Assembly (NCBI GenBank): GCA_963664015.2 | Contig: CAXXLF010000002.1 | Coordinates: 992,001-1,056,000, forward strand | Direction of reading: 5' to 3' | Length of the DNA stretch: 64,000 bases | Origin: Candidatus Binatia bacterium | GTDB lineage: Bacteria; Desulfobacterota; Binatia; UBA9968; CAXXLF01 | Shown: in pieces, positions 9,506-20,113 of the stretch | How the letters are laid out: every line of letters starts with the position of its first letter | Numbering within the stretch: position 1 is the first letter of the stretch | Position numbers and translations under genes: made by a program | The notes under the pieces: generated by a model | The model's database searches: none | What the model saw: only the letters and a program-made list of their open reading frames with translations | Told to the model about the DNA's origin: nothing

Positions 9506-10009
9506 ATGGCTTTCATAGGAAAACTGGGCGATCAGAACTACACAGTGGAGATCGAGGAAGTCAGCAAGGCGCTGTACCGGGTTGCCATCGACGGCAATGA
9601 GTTTCTCATTGACGGCAGGAAAACAGGGCGGACAAACTACTCACTCATCATCAACCACCGCTCGTTCGAAGTCGACGTGGACGTAACCGATTCCGAATAT
9701 CGTGTCCTGGTTGACGGTAGAAGTTACCACATCGACCTGGTCGATGAACGACACATGCGTCTGGGTGGATCTCAATCGGGTATCCAACTACAGGGAAGGC
9801 AAAACGTAGCAGTCCCCATGGCGGGCAAGGTCATTGCCGTCCTGGTCAACGAAGGTGACCGGATCGAAAAGGGTCAGGGATTGGTCATTGTAGAAGCGAT
9901 GAAGATGGAAAACGAGGTGCGCTCTCCCCTCCAGGCGGAAGTCAAAGAAGTTCGGGTTGAACCGGGCCAAGCGGTAGACGCCGGCGAGACACTCGTCGTC
10001 GTCGAATAG
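9506..10009 (+). CDS. Biotin carboxyl carrier protein
   Basis: Biotinylation motif EAMKMENE in a C-terminal biotinyl domain. Confidence 0.92.
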   Translation: MAFIGKLGDQNYTVEIEEVSKALYRVAIDGNEFLIDGRKTGRTNYSLIINHRSFEVDVDVTDSEYRVLVDGRSYHIDLVDERHMRLGGSQSGIQLQGRQNVAVPMAGKVIAVLVNEGDRIEKGQGLVIVEAMKMENEVRSPLQAEVKEVRVEPGQAVDAGETLVVVE

Positions 10010-10053
10010 ATATCCCAAATATAATTTTTCCTAGCACCCAAGAATTCGAACAT

Positions 10054-10297
10054 TTCATCGCAGAGACGTCCCTCGACTGGGCTCGGGACCCTGAGCCTGT
10101 GGTTCGAGATACCTCACCACCCTGAGCCTGTCGATGGGTCGAACGGCGGAGTACGCTGAGGAAATCCCTTTTGCCCTATCGGGAGACAACCATTGGGCAA
10201 AACCTTAATAGCTCTAATTTGAATACTTTATTGTTTGTCGTCGTCTTTCGACAAACAATAATCTAATTCTCTACGCCCTCTACGCCTTTCCGGTAAA
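10054..10297. mobile_element. MITE-like element with degenerate terminal inverted repeats and a nested REP insertion
   Basis: Left arm ttcatcgcagagacg|cggagtacgctgag is interrupted by ~10069-10146; right arm ctctacgccctctacgcctttccggtaaa; internal hairpins ttttgccc..gggcaaaa and attgtttgtcg/cgacaaacaat. Confidence 0.6.
10100..10140. repeat. REP-like palindromic repeat, copy A2
   Basis: 39/41 identical to 1599-1639. Confidence 0.85.
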
Positions 10298-10327
10298 TTT
10301 TTTTTAGGGATATCTTGCTATGACCAT

Positions 10328-11089
10328 CTAATCCTCATCCTTGCCATTTCGTCGCGCGAAATAGGCTACTCCGATACTCAAGCCGTAAAGAAGCAACAGT
10401 GGGAAGGCCATGAGGACCTGGGAGACGACGTCCGGTGGTGTCAGGATAGCGGCTAGAATGAAGATCATCAGGAGTGCATAGCGAGAATATCGGATGAGGA
10501 ATAGGTGATCAATTAAGCCTACGCGGGCAAGAAAAAAAGCCAGCACGGGGAGTTCAAAGACAACCCCAAAGGCTAACAACAACTTTGAGGCAAAAGAAAG
10601 ATACTCTCCGATTCGAAGCGTAGGTTTCACCTGCATGCTCTCGTAAGTGTCAAGAAGAAAGGAAAAACCCACCTGAAAGATTACTTCGTAGCAAAACCAA
10701 GCCCCAAAGAGAAAGAATAAGGTTCCGAAGAAAACAAATCCACGGGCGTAACGGACCTCGTACTCGTAGAGACCCGGTGCCACAAACTGCCACAACTGCC
10801 AGAGAATGATCGGCAGGGAAACAAAGATAGAGGCAACAAAGGAGACTTTGATCTTTACGAAAAAGGCCTCTGCCACGCCCGTACCAATGAGGCTGAGATC
10901 CGGGGTTTTTAACTGCAGCAATGGAAAGGTCAGAAAGGTAAAGATTAACTCAGCAAACGCATAAGCAGCCAGGAAGGCCACGAGGACGGCAAGAAAACAC
11001 TTGATCAGACGTGACCGCAACTCTTCCAAGTGGCCCAGAAAAGGCATCCTGGCCTCGCCCGTGGCCTCTCTACTCGGTTGGCTTTCCAC
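10328..11089 (-). CDS. tatC: Twin-arginine translocase subunit TatC
   Basis: MPFLGHLEELRSRL, WQFVAPGLY, FELP and LTPPDVVSQ. Confidence 0.95.
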   Translation of the reverse strand: MESQPSREATGEARMPFLGHLEELRSRLIKCFLAVLVAFLAAYAFAELIFTFLTFPLLQLKTPDLSLIGTGVAEAFFVKIKVSFVASIFVSLPIILWQLWQFVAPGLYEYEVRYARGFVFFGTLFFLFGAWFCYEVIFQVGFSFLLDTYESMQVKPTLRIGEYLSFASKLLLAFGVVFELPVLAFFLARVGLIDHLFLIRYSRYALLMIFILAAILTPPDVVSQVLMAFPLLLLYGLSIGVAYFARRNGKDED

Positions 11090-11366
11090 TCTTCTGCGAA
11101 GGGGGGTTGGTAGCAGGTGATGGATCTTCGGTTGGGTTAGTCTCTTCGTTCAGTATGGAATTCTCAGCGACGTTAACCGAGCCCGAAGCGTCCTCTAACT
11201 CATCTTCGACCTGACGAAGTTCTTCCTTAAGATCTTGTGTGGTGCGGCGAAATTCGAAAATCCCCTTTCCCAACGCCCGAGCGATCTCCGGCAGCCGTTT
11301 AGGACCCAAGACAATGAGAGCCACGGCGAAGATCAAAATTAACTCGGGCATGCCTATTCCGAACAC
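11070..11366 (-). CDS. tatB: Twin-arginine translocase TatA/TatB-family subunit
   Basis: MFGIGMPELILI..ALIVLGPKRLPEIARALGK; directly upstream of tatC. Confidence 0.88.
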   Translation of the reverse strand: MFGIGMPELILIFAVALIVLGPKRLPEIARALGKGIFEFRRTTQDLKEELRQVEDELEDASGSVNVAENSILNEETNPTEDPSPATNPPSQKSGKPTE

Positions 11367-11473
11367 TGACCCCCTCCAGACCTTCTACCTAGTTCATTTC
11401 CCGGCGCTTCGCAACCTACCCAATTCCAAAGACTTTGCATCCACCCCGAGGGAATGTTAGAGAGACAAGCATC

Positions 11474-12499
11474 ATGGCTCCATCGGCAGCGGTAATTACG
11501 CCGAAATTTTTAAAGCACGACCCCGGAGAATTTCATCCTGAAAGTCCCGATCGCCTCAAGGTTCTCATTGATCTTACCCGGGAACTTGAGGGAAAAGAAT
11601 TGCGGATACTCCACCCGAGAGCTGCCACCCGAGAAGAGATCGAGGCCTGTCATAGCAGTCGACTCATTGACCTAATTCGTTCTACGACCGAGACAAATCG
11701 CACGGCCCTCGACGGGGACACGGTCACCTGCTCGGACTCCTACGAAACCGCACTGTTGGCCGCTGGTGGATATTTGAAACTTCTCGACTCCATCGCCGCC
11801 GGCGAGTTCCAAAACGGCTTTGCTCTGGTACGCCCTCCCGGACACCACGCCATGCGGGATCGGGCAATGGGGTTTTGTCTTTTCAACTCGGTAGCTATCG
11901 GCGCCGAACACCTGAAGCGTCGCTACGGAGCGAAACGAATCCTCATCATGGATTGGGACGTGCACCACGGGAATGGGACTCAAGACGCTTTCTATCAGGA
12001 CCCGTCGGTCCTGTATATCTCCACGCACCAGTATCCCTTTTACCCTGGCACCGGGGCTATGGGCGAGACGGGGGAAGGGAAAGGCGAAGGGACTACCGTG
12101 AATATCCCCCTCCCCGCCGGATGCGGCGATGCAGAGTACCTTCAGGTTTTCAAAGAAATCGTTGTTCCCGTCGCAGAAAAATACGAACCCGATTGGATTT
12201 TGGTTTCCGCCGGCTTCGATTCGCATCTCCGTGACCCCCTAGGAAGCATGCGTGTCACGGTGCAGGGTTTTGAGTTCATGGCCTCCGCACTACTCAAGCT
12301 TGCCCAAAATTCTGCCGCTGGAAGGATCGCTTTTCTGCTCGAAGGAGGATATAATCTATATGCTCTCAAAGAATCCGTCGCGGTCGTGCTCAAGACCATG
12401 ACCGGGGCACAGCAAAGCCAGCTGCCAGCTTCCACAGCTGGGGTAAAGGTTGAAACCCTAATTCGCGAGATCCTCAGTATTCAGGGAAAATACCATTAA
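11474..12499 (+). CDS. Histone-deacetylase-family (Zn-dependent) deacetylase
   Basis: HPESPDR, RPPGHHA, GFCLFN, DWDVHHGNGTQ, SAGFD and LEGGY. Confidence 0.93.
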   Translation: MAPSAAVITPKFLKHDPGEFHPESPDRLKVLIDLTRELEGKELRILHPRAATREEIEACHSSRLIDLIRSTTETNRTALDGDTVTCSDSYETALLAAGGYLKLLDSIAAGEFQNGFALVRPPGHHAMRDRAMGFCLFNSVAIGAEHLKRRYGAKRILIMDWDVHHGNGTQDAFYQDPSVLYISTHQYPFYPGTGAMGETGEGKGEGTTVNIPLPAGCGDAEYLQVFKEIVVPVAEKYEPDWILVSAGFDSHLRDPLGSMRVTVQGFEFMASALLKLAQNSAAGRIAFLLEGGYNLYALKESVAVVLKTMTGAQQSQLPASTAGVKVETLIREILSIQGKYH

Positions 12500-12527
12500 G
12501 AGGCCACCCTTCCTAATTGTTAAAGTG

Positions 12528-12556
12528 TTGACGCTTAGGAAAGGCTGGCTTATCCT
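12528..12556 (+). promoter_or_regulatory. Putative sigma70 promoter of fabF-fabH
   Basis: TTGACG, 17-bp spacer, TATCCT. Confidence 0.5.
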
Positions 12557-12580
12557 TGGAGTTTCAAAAGGATTACAAGT

Positions 12581-13834
12581 ATGAGCGAGGGTAATCAACG
12601 CAGAGTCGTCGTCACGGGCCTGGGGCTTGTCACTCCCTTGGGTACGGGAGTGAAAAAAAACTGGCAATCCATCAGTGCCGGCCGTTCGGGGATCGGACCC
12701 ATCACACGCTTCCCCAAAGCCGACGCCTTGGCCTCCCGCATCGCCGGGCAGGTCACTGACTTTAATGCAGAGGACTTCATCGAACCCAAAGAGATAAAAA
12801 AGATGGACCTCTTCATCCAGTACAGTATTGCCGCCTCTGAGATGGCCGTCCAGGATAGCGGTTTTAAAATCGATCCCGCTGAAGCGCACCGCGTCGCCGT
12901 GATCATTGGCGTAGGGCTGTGCGGCATTGAAACCCTCGAGTATTACCACCGGGCCTATTTGGAAGGGGGACCGCGCAAGATTTCCCCGTTTTTTATACCT
13001 CGAGTCATTTCCAATCTGGCACCCGGGCAAGTGGCCATTCGTTATGGTGCCAAGGGCGTTAACTGGACCCCCACATCCGCGTGCGCTTCAGGAACCCATG
13101 CCATCGGCGAGGCCTTTCGCATGATTCAAAGCGGTATCCAAGACGCGGCCATCGCCGGAGGTGCCGAAGCGGCCATTACCCCTCTTGCGGTAGGGGGATT
13201 TGTAGCCATGAGGGCCCTTTCCACCCGTAACGACGAACCCGAGCGGGCCAGCCGGCCTTTTGATAAGGATCGGGACGGTTTTGTGATTGCCGAAGGCTCG
13301 GGCATTCTCATTCTGGAGGAACGTGAAAGGGCTATCAAACGAGGCGCCAAGATCTATGCAGAGATGATCGGTTACGGTGCCAACGGAGACGCCTATCACA
13401 TTACAGCACCGGCCCCCAACGGAGAAGGAGCTGCCCGATGCATGGCCTTGGCCCTCGAGAATGCGGCCATTCAGCCCGATGCGATCGATTATATTAACGC
13501 CCATGGAACTTCCACCGAATACAACGATCTCAATGAGACCCAGGCTATAAAGAAGATCTTCGGTGAACGAGCCTATAAAATCCCCATCAGTTCGACCAAG
13601 TCAATGACCGGCCACCTGCTCGGTGCGGCAGGAGCCATTGAAGGAGTGTACTCAGTGCTGGCCCTCCATCGCGGGCTGATACCACCGACCATCAATTACG
13701 AAAACCCGGATCCCATTTGCGATTTGGATTACGTTCCCAACAAAGCGCGTAAAGCCGACATCCAAGTGGCCATATCCAATTCATTCGGATTTGGGGGGAC
13801 CAATGCCTGCGTGGTCTTCAGGAGGGCCGAATGA
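12581..13834 (+). CDS. fabF: Beta-ketoacyl-ACP synthase II
   Basis: RRVVVTGLG; catalytic Cys-His-His in SACASG, NAHGTST and GHLLGAAG; SNSFGFGG. Confidence 0.95.
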   Translation: MSEGNQRRVVVTGLGLVTPLGTGVKKNWQSISAGRSGIGPITRFPKADALASRIAGQVTDFNAEDFIEPKEIKKMDLFIQYSIAASEMAVQDSGFKIDPAEAHRVAVIIGVGLCGIETLEYYHRAYLEGGPRKISPFFIPRVISNLAPGQVAIRYGAKGVNWTPTSACASGTHAIGEAFRMIQSGIQDAAIAGGAEAAITPLAVGGFVAMRALSTRNDEPERASRPFDKDRDGFVIAEGSGILILEERERAIKRGAKIYAEMIGYGANGDAYHITAPAPNGEGAARCMALALENAAIQPDAIDYINAHGTSTEYNDLNETQAIKKIFGERAYKIPISSTKSMTGHLLGAAGAIEGVYSVLALHRGLIPPTINYENPDPICDLDYVPNKARKADIQVAISNSFGFGGTNACVVFRRAE

Positions 13835-14826
13835 GATCGTCATCGTTGAGATCGGTTGTCCTTGGCAGTGGCTCGAAGCTTCCCTCCAAGGTCATGACCA
13901 ACCATGATCTGGAGAGTCTCATCGATACCAGCGACGAGTGGATTACAACGCGAACCGGGATCAAGGAACGCAGGATACAAGAGGATGGCAAAGGCAGCGC
14001 GGACCTGGCTTACCACGCGTCCGTCAAGGCCCTGCAAGCGGCCGGGCTGGAAGCCAAGGATTTGGACGCGATCATCGTGGGAACGGTTACACCGGACTAC
14101 CCCTTTCCAAGTTCGGCGTGTGTTCTCGAACACATGCTGGGAGCTCAAAAAGTTTTCTCCTTTGATGTCAACGCCGCGTGCTCCGGATTCTTGAATGCCC
14201 TAACCGTAGCAGACTCATTCATTCGCACCGGCATGATCCGTAAGGCTTTGGTGGTCGGTTCTGACGTTCTCAGTCGGATGCTTAACTGGCAGGATCGAAC
14301 CACATGCGTCCTATTCGGCGACGGAGCCGGCGCCATTGTCATTGGCGCTTCCGAAAACGGGGACAGCGGGATACTGAGCACTCGGCTTCGCACCGATGGC
14401 TCTTATGCAAAGACACTCTACGTTCCAGCCGGAGGTTCCCTTAAACCGGCCTCTGCGGAGACCGTCGAGGCCAACCAGCACACAATCACCATGAATGGCA
14501 AGGAGGTTTTCAAAATTGCCGTTCGGGCCATGGAAGAAATCAGCCGTGAAGTGCTCCGGGAAGCGGGAGTGGATATCAACGAGGTCTCCCTGGTCATTCC
14601 CCACCAGGCCAATCGTAGGATCTTATCCGCCCTGGCCGCCCGCCTGGAGGTCCCCATGGAGAAGGTCGTGGTGAATCTTGACAAGTACGGCAACACGTCG
14701 GCTGCCTCCGTACCGGTGGCTCTGGATGAGGCCTGGAGGGCGGGCCGTATCTCACCTGGGGATGTAGTGCTTCTCAACGCCTTTGGCGCCGGCTTTGCCT
14801 GGGGGGCAGCGGTGATAAGGTTTTAA
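13831..14826 (+). CDS. fabH: Beta-ketoacyl-ACP synthase III
   Basis: DTSDEWI..RTGI, AACSGF, PHQAN and GNTSAAS; ATGA overlap with fabF. Confidence 0.95.
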   Translation: MRSSSLRSVVLGSGSKLPSKVMTNHDLESLIDTSDEWITTRTGIKERRIQEDGKGSADLAYHASVKALQAAGLEAKDLDAIIVGTVTPDYPFPSSACVLEHMLGAQKVFSFDVNAACSGFLNALTVADSFIRTGMIRKALVVGSDVLSRMLNWQDRTTCVLFGDGAGAIVIGASENGDSGILSTRLRTDGSYAKTLYVPAGGSLKPASAETVEANQHTITMNGKEVFKIAVRAMEEISREVLREAGVDINEVSLVIPHQANRRILSALAARLEVPMEKVVVNLDKYGNTSAASVPVALDEAWRAGRISPGDVVLLNAFGAGFAWGAAVIRF

Positions 14827-14938
14827 CAGCCAGCTAAAGATGTCTCATCTGGTTGGTTGCACTCCATCGCCTTGCCTCTGAGATCCTTTTGAGCGGCCTG
14901 CAATCATAGTCTACTAGCCACCTGTTAGGCCATCTTGT

Positions 14939-15607
14939 TCACTTAAACCCCATCTTTCGGCCCCAATCGTCGGGTGCAGCAAGAAAATCCTGGATCTGCT
15001 GACTCATCTCGGCCGTGAAGTAATTTTTATCGATTCCCGTTGCCAACACATCGTCCCAGGTAACCAAGCTATGGAGCTCGATATCGTGTTCGGCCAGATT
15101 TCTTCTTCCCTCCGATGGACCCAAGCGCTGCAGACCGTACTCAAAGACACAGAGGCAATGGGTGATCATGGCTCCTTCCGCGCGAATGCCGTCGTTGAAG
15201 CGCAGCTTACTCATACCGTCGGTGATCAGGTCCTCCACCAGTAGGACCCTTTGATTGGCTTTGAGAACCCCTTCGATCTGCTTGCTTTGACCGTAACCCT
15301 TGGGCGCCTTGCGCACGTAGATCATCGGCTTTCTCAGAACATGAGCGACAAACGCGGCGTAGGGGATCCCGGCGGTCTCACCGCCGGCAACTACGTCAAG
15401 AAGGTCCACGCTGATCTCCCTCTTTGTCGTTTCCGCGAGCTGCTCGACGATGTCTTCCCGCGCGCTGGTAAAGGAAAGCACCCTGCGGCAATCCATATAC
15501 ACGGGCGAAACCCTTCCCGAAACAAAAACAAAGGGCCGGTCTTTATATACCTGGACCGACTCGGTCTTGAGCAACCACTCAGCAATGCTTGATTGTGCCT
15601 CTCCCAT
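14939..15607 (-). CDS. pyrE: Orotate phosphoribosyltransferase
   Basis: SGRVSPVYMDCR, AGGETAGIP, YVRKAPKGYG and PRPP motif VLLVEDLITDG. Confidence 0.9.
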   Translation of the reverse strand: MGEAQSSIAEWLLKTESVQVYKDRPFVFVSGRVSPVYMDCRRVLSFTSAREDIVEQLAETTKREISVDLLDVVAGGETAGIPYAAFVAHVLRKPMIYVRKAPKGYGQSKQIEGVLKANQRVLLVEDLITDGMSKLRFNDGIRAEGAMITHCLCVFEYGLQRLGPSEGRRNLAEHDIELHSLVTWDDVLATGIDKNYFTAEMSQQIQDFLAAPDDWGRKMGFK

Positions 15608-15678
15608 GATCCCCCCCTTGGCGTTGAATGCTAGTCCGTCCCTATCGCCGAATTGAGGTACTAGAGACCATTCCCCGG

Positions 15679-17052
15679 TTATTCCTCACTCAATTCGGTC
15701 TTCGACACCTGTTCCTCGATCTTTTCTTTCAAACTCTTTAATTGGGTGGTGAGCTCGACGGGGAATTGGCCCGGCTCATGAATCGTTTTGAGAGATTCAT
15801 CCAGAACCCCAAATTCCTTGAGGAAGCGCTCCCTAATCTCGCTTAAAGCCGGTGAGGCCGCAGTCCGTTTCCCTCTGTCCATCACCTTTTCGAGCAAAGA
15901 CTCGGCCTCAGGATAACTCTCCTCTCGAAGGCCAAGGAGGTCTTTTTTTAACCTACCGTTTTCATAGGGCATACGAAAAATCTGCTTGCGCGCGGGCAAC
16001 GAGACCTTACCCATACTTAGTTTTAAGACCGGGCGACGGTCGTACTCAACCAGCTTGTAGGCCATATCGAGCCACGGCGCGTCTGCGGAAACCCCCATGC
16101 GCGTCCCTACACCGTAGGAGTCGTAAGGAGCTTCGGCCTCCGAAAGCGCTACCAGATCGTACTCGTCCAATCCTCCACTTCCAATGATCTTGACCTCCCT
16201 CAGGCCCGCTTCATCGAAAATGCGCCGCACTTCCCGAGCCAGGGAAAGCAGATCCCCACTATCAATCCGCACCCCTCGCAGACGATGCCCCCGGGCGGCC
16301 ATCTCCCTCGCCACTTGTACCGCCTTACGTGCCCCCGCCACGGTGTCATAGGTGTCGATGAGCAGGACAGAGTTTGCGGGAAAACTCTTAACGAAGCTAC
16401 GAAAGGCATCGATCTCTCGCTCGAAACTCGACACGAAGGAGTGAGCCATGGTGCCCGAAATGGGGATCCCGTATCGCTTACCGGCGAGAACGTTGCTCGT
16501 AGAGGTGCATCCGGCGATGTAACTGGCCCGTGCCACCTTCATCCCCGCGTCGATCCCCTGGGTGCGCCTGAGAGAAAAGTCAATGACAGCCCGCCCCGCA
16601 GCCGCATGGACACATCGAGACGCCTTGGTCGCGATCAAGGTTTGCAAATTGACTTGATTGATGATGAAGGTCTCCACTAGCTGGGCTTCGATGATCGGTG
16701 CGCTAACCTCAAGGACGGGTTCGTCCTTGAAGAACAGGCGGCCCTCTGGAACCGCCCAGACCTCCCCGGTAAAGCGAAAGCCCTTCAAAAAATCCAGAAA
16801 ATTGTTGGCGAAGAGACGTGTCGAGTGAAGGTAGTCGATGTCATCCGGCTGAAATGCAATTCCTTCCAGGAAATCAAGTACGTCTTCCAACCCAGCGGCT
16901 ACATAGTAGCTACGGTTGGTCGGATACTTACGAATAAACAGGCTAAAAGTCGCCGGCTCGAGTTTGTGACTCTGGAAGTAGCCCTGGGCCATGGTCAGCT
17001 GGTAGAGATCGGTGAGCAGGGCAAGATGGCCGGGTCTGTCCATGGGGATCAT
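15679..17052 (-). CDS. pncB: Nicotinate phosphoribosyltransferase
   Basis: ALLTDLYQLTM, DFSLRR, GTMAHS, LIDTYD, RIDSGD and YGVGT. Confidence 0.93.
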   Translation of the reverse strand: MIPMDRPGHLALLTDLYQLTMAQGYFQSHKLEPATFSLFIRKYPTNRSYYVAAGLEDVLDFLEGIAFQPDDIDYLHSTRLFANNFLDFLKGFRFTGEVWAVPEGRLFFKDEPVLEVSAPIIEAQLVETFIINQVNLQTLIATKASRCVHAAAGRAVIDFSLRRTQGIDAGMKVARASYIAGCTSTSNVLAGKRYGIPISGTMAHSFVSSFEREIDAFRSFVKSFPANSVLLIDTYDTVAGARKAVQVAREMAARGHRLRGVRIDSGDLLSLAREVRRIFDEAGLREVKIIGSGGLDEYDLVALSEAEAPYDSYGVGTRMGVSADAPWLDMAYKLVEYDRRPVLKLSMGKVSLPARKQIFRMPYENGRLKKDLLGLREESYPEAESLLEKVMDRGKRTAASPALSEIRERFLKEFGVLDESLKTIHEPGQFPVELTTQLKSLKEKIEEQVSKTELSEE

Positions 17053-17304
17053 TGTCGCCTCCGAAAACCCGGCTAGTTTAGTGGAGACGCAGACTTAAGT
17101 AAACCCCGTGCTACGAGTCAACGACTCTATTCCGCATTGAACTTCCATTGATTCTCACCCGCAGGAGCCTCCGGGCACGGCTCGATTCACCCCCTGACAG
17201 TTGTTGATTTCTGAAAGCCCATTTGCTATCCATCACAGAAGGAACTGAAGGACAACGTTTCTTCCAAACCAAAAGTACCATGATTTCTATGCAGGGAGGC
17301 TGAT

Positions 17305-18021
17305 ATGTTTACGGACAAGGTCGAGCTAACGGATTTCGAAAAAATGGATCCCGAATACCGGGATCTCCTGGGACGAGTACTGGCGATCCAGGCCGATTGC
17401 GAGATTGGGGGACCTCACCTCTATTTGGAGCAGATTCTGCCCAATGCCCCAACCAAACTAGACCAACTCATCGTGGCCCGAACTGCAGCCGAGGAGATCG
17501 ATCACTATCGAAAGATCGCTCGCATTGCCGGCGATATCGGCGTGGATGTCTCCTTCGTACTCAGCCGTTCAAATCAAGAGCGATTTGTGGAAAGCTTTCG
17601 GGGCCAAATCACCACTTGGGAAGACTTTGCCGTATTCGGCTTTCTCATCGATCGTGTCGGCCGTTACCAGTTAGAGGAGTTCCTCGATTGCAGCTATACT
17701 CCCCTCGAAAAAATCCTGCCCGACGTCCACAAGGAAGAAGCCGGGCACATCGATTTTGGAACCAACATGACCTCGGAGCTTGCCGCCAAGGGAGGCGAGT
17801 CCAAGGAAAAAGCCCAGAAGGCGGTTGATTTCTGGTACGTCAAAGGCCTCGACATGTTCGGAAAATCTGAATCGTATCGATCGGAACGATATCGTCATTG
17901 GGGTCTCAAGCGCCGAGCCAATGCCGATGCAAGACAAGACTATACCAATGAGGTGAACCCCCTCATCGAGCAGATGGGTCTCCAGATCCCGGACCCCAAT
18001 AAAAACCGTCTTTACATATAG
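17305..18021 (+). CDS. PaaA-like ferritin-fold diiron protein (phenylacetyl-CoA epoxidase alpha-subunit family)
   Basis: Complete carboxylate-diiron ligand set DCE..EEIDH..LID..EEAGH, plus LDMFG and WGLKRR motifs of the PaaA/PaaC family. Confidence 0.8.
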   Translation: MFTDKVELTDFEKMDPEYRDLLGRVLAIQADCEIGGPHLYLEQILPNAPTKLDQLIVARTAAEEIDHYRKIARIAGDIGVDVSFVLSRSNQERFVESFRGQITTWEDFAVFGFLIDRVGRYQLEEFLDCSYTPLEKILPDVHKEEAGHIDFGTNMTSELAAKGGESKEKAQKAVDFWYVKGLDMFGKSESYRSERYRHWGLKRRANADARQDYTNEVNPLIEQMGLQIPDPNKNRLYI

Positions 18022-18036
18022 ATTGGAATAGAGATC

Positions 18037-18228
18037 ATGGCACCACAGGCCCCGAATACGGAAGTGCTGGATGAACACCTCAAAGAGGTCGTCACTGCGC
18101 TCACAAGCGCCGTCAATTGGGCGATGCCCCATCTCAAAGAACCCAAGATTGTCGACAAGGCAATTCATGACTGTCAGGAGATCTTGGACGTCGTAATGGA
18201 AGGCAAAGTATCCGAGTGGTTGGATTAG
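18037..18228 (+). CDS. Small hypothetical helical protein (63 aa)
   Basis: Starts 15 nt after the PaaA-like stop; amphipathic, protein-like sequence. Confidence 0.7.
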   Translation: MAPQAPNTEVLDEHLKEVVTALTSAVNWAMPHLKEPKIVDKAIHDCQEILDVVMEGKVSEWLD

Positions 18229-18365
18229 GCCGACTTCGCTCCAAGCCGGTAGCGGACAAAGTTTCCCACGGGTCGAGCGCACATGGATAACGCCTGCCGA
18301 TTGCAGGTTGCCCACAACCGGCCCTCTTTTAACTAACAGGTCCCAGGCTGCCAGGGAATAAACCA

Positions 18366-19145
18366 TTGGACATAATCGTTTGCGCGAAAGTTATCCCCGC
18401 TGCTTCCGTTATCGTTGAGATCGATCCCAACACGAAATGCATGGTTCGAAGCGGAGTGGCTCACGAGTTAGACCCTGCGGCGGCTAGCGCCCTTGAGGAG
18501 GGGCTGCGCCTAACCGAAGAGCAGGGCGGAAGCGTGACCATCGTGACCATGGGAACCAACGACGCGACCATCGGAATCCGCTCGGCTCTGGCTATGGGAG
18601 CCACTGCAGCCGTCCATATTCTCGATGATGCCCTGGCCGGGTCCGACACACTGGCAACGGCCAAGGTCCTGGCTGCCGCAATAAAAAAACAATCGTTTGA
18701 CCTCGTCCTCTGTGCAACAGAAAGCAGCGATAGCTATTCGGGGATTGTCCCCGGCCAACTGGCTTATTTTTTGGGTATTACCCCGCTCACATTTGCTAGA
18801 GAGATTGAAATCACGGACCGGACAATTACCGTTAAAAGACAGAGCGAATCCGGGTACGACGTCGTCGAAGCGGAACTGCCTGCCCTTATTACCACGACAA
18901 GCGGAATTAACGAGCCTCGCTATCCTCAACTCAAGGGGATCATGGCGGCTAAGAAAAAAGAAATCAAGAAGTATACGGTCGCCGATCTAGGCCTCGGCGC
19001 CGATCAAGTGGGATCCGCTGCCGCCCGGGAGAAAGTCTTGACCGTTGGCCGACCTCCCGAACGCAAGGGGGGAAGGGTTTTAACAGACGAGGGAGAAGGC
19101 GGAAAGCAGATCGCCGACTACCTTGCCGAGCTAAAGGTGATTTGA
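18366..19145 (+). CDS. etfB: Electron transfer flavoprotein beta subunit
   Basis: IIVCAKVIP, GSDTLATA..LA and NEPRYP; TTG start. Confidence 0.92.
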   Translation: MDIIVCAKVIPAASVIVEIDPNTKCMVRSGVAHELDPAAASALEEGLRLTEEQGGSVTIVTMGTNDATIGIRSALAMGATAAVHILDDALAGSDTLATAKVLAAAIKKQSFDLVLCATESSDSYSGIVPGQLAYFLGITPLTFAREIEITDRTITVKRQSESGYDVVEAELPALITTTSGINEPRYPQLKGIMAAKKKEIKKYTVADLGLGADQVGSAAAREKVLTVGRPPERKGGRVLTDEGEGGKQIADYLAELKVI

Positions 19146-20113
19146 TGGCCGATCTTGTTTGGGTATACGCTGAGATGGTCGACAACAAGATTACTCCGAC
19201 CACCCTGGAAATGCTGGCCAAAGCATCCGAGGTGGGAACGGCGGAAGCCGTCCTCTTGGGACCAGCCCCCGATGACGCAATTGAAGTCCTCTCCCAGCAT
19301 GGGGCCAGTAAGATTCTTCGCTCCGCCGACTCAGTCTTTCATGACTACCTGACGCTCCCGGCGGTGGGAGCGGTGGCCGCCTTGATCCAAAAGTATCAGC
19401 CTGCAGTCATGTTGTTCGCTTCGAGCTATGCGGGTCGCGATGTGGCCAGTACCCTCAGCGCCGTGCTGGACTGCGGTGCCATCACCGATGTCGCAGACTT
19501 CGCCTTGAAAGACGGTTCCGTCGAGGCCACTATCCCCGCCTTGGGCGGCAGTTACCAGAACACATCCACACTTCTCAACACGGGAACTAAGCTTTTGCTG
19601 GTTCGACCAAAATCTTTTGAGCCCAAGTCTAGGGATAATACGGCCCAGGTGGAAGAGGTCCCCCCTCCTTCCGACCCGACCCATCAAAAGGCTCATGTGA
19701 CCGAGCGCGTAACGATTAAGCAGGAAGGCCCCCAGTTAGAGGGAGCCCATGCGGTTATCTCCGGAGGCCGTGGCCTCAAGGGAGAAGAGAATTTTACCAT
19801 GCTACGCGAACTCGCGGAATTACTCGATGGCGCGGTTGGAGCTTCCCGGGCCGCGGTGGATGCCGGCTGGGTCCCCTATTCTGCTCAGGTTGGACAGACT
19901 GGAAAGACCGTAAAACCATACCTTTACCTGGCGTGTGGGATATCCGGCGCGATTCAGCATCTGGCCGGCATGAAGGAATCCAAGACTATTATCGCGATCA
20001 ACACAGACCCCGAAGCCCCCATATTCCAAATCGCCGATCTGGGTATGGTCGGAGATGTTTTTCAAGTGCTCCCCCAGCTCATCGAAGAGATCAAACAACG
20101 CAAGGGTTCCTAG
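19145..20113 (+). CDS. etfA: Electron transfer flavoprotein alpha subunit
   Basis: SGGRG, GASRAAVDAGW, QVGQTGKTVKP, GISGAIQH and INTDPEAPIF. Confidence 0.94.
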   Translation: MADLVWVYAEMVDNKITPTTLEMLAKASEVGTAEAVLLGPAPDDAIEVLSQHGASKILRSADSVFHDYLTLPAVGAVAALIQKYQPAVMLFASSYAGRDVASTLSAVLDCGAITDVADFALKDGSVEATIPALGGSYQNTSTLLNTGTKLLLVRPKSFEPKSRDNTAQVEEVPPPSDPTHQKAHVTERVTIKQEGPQLEGAHAVISGGRGLKGEENFTMLRELAELLDGAVGASRAAVDAGWVPYSAQVGQTGKTVKPYLYLACGISGAIQHLAGMKESKTIIAINTDPEAPIFQIADLGMVGDVFQVLPQLIEEIKQRKGS

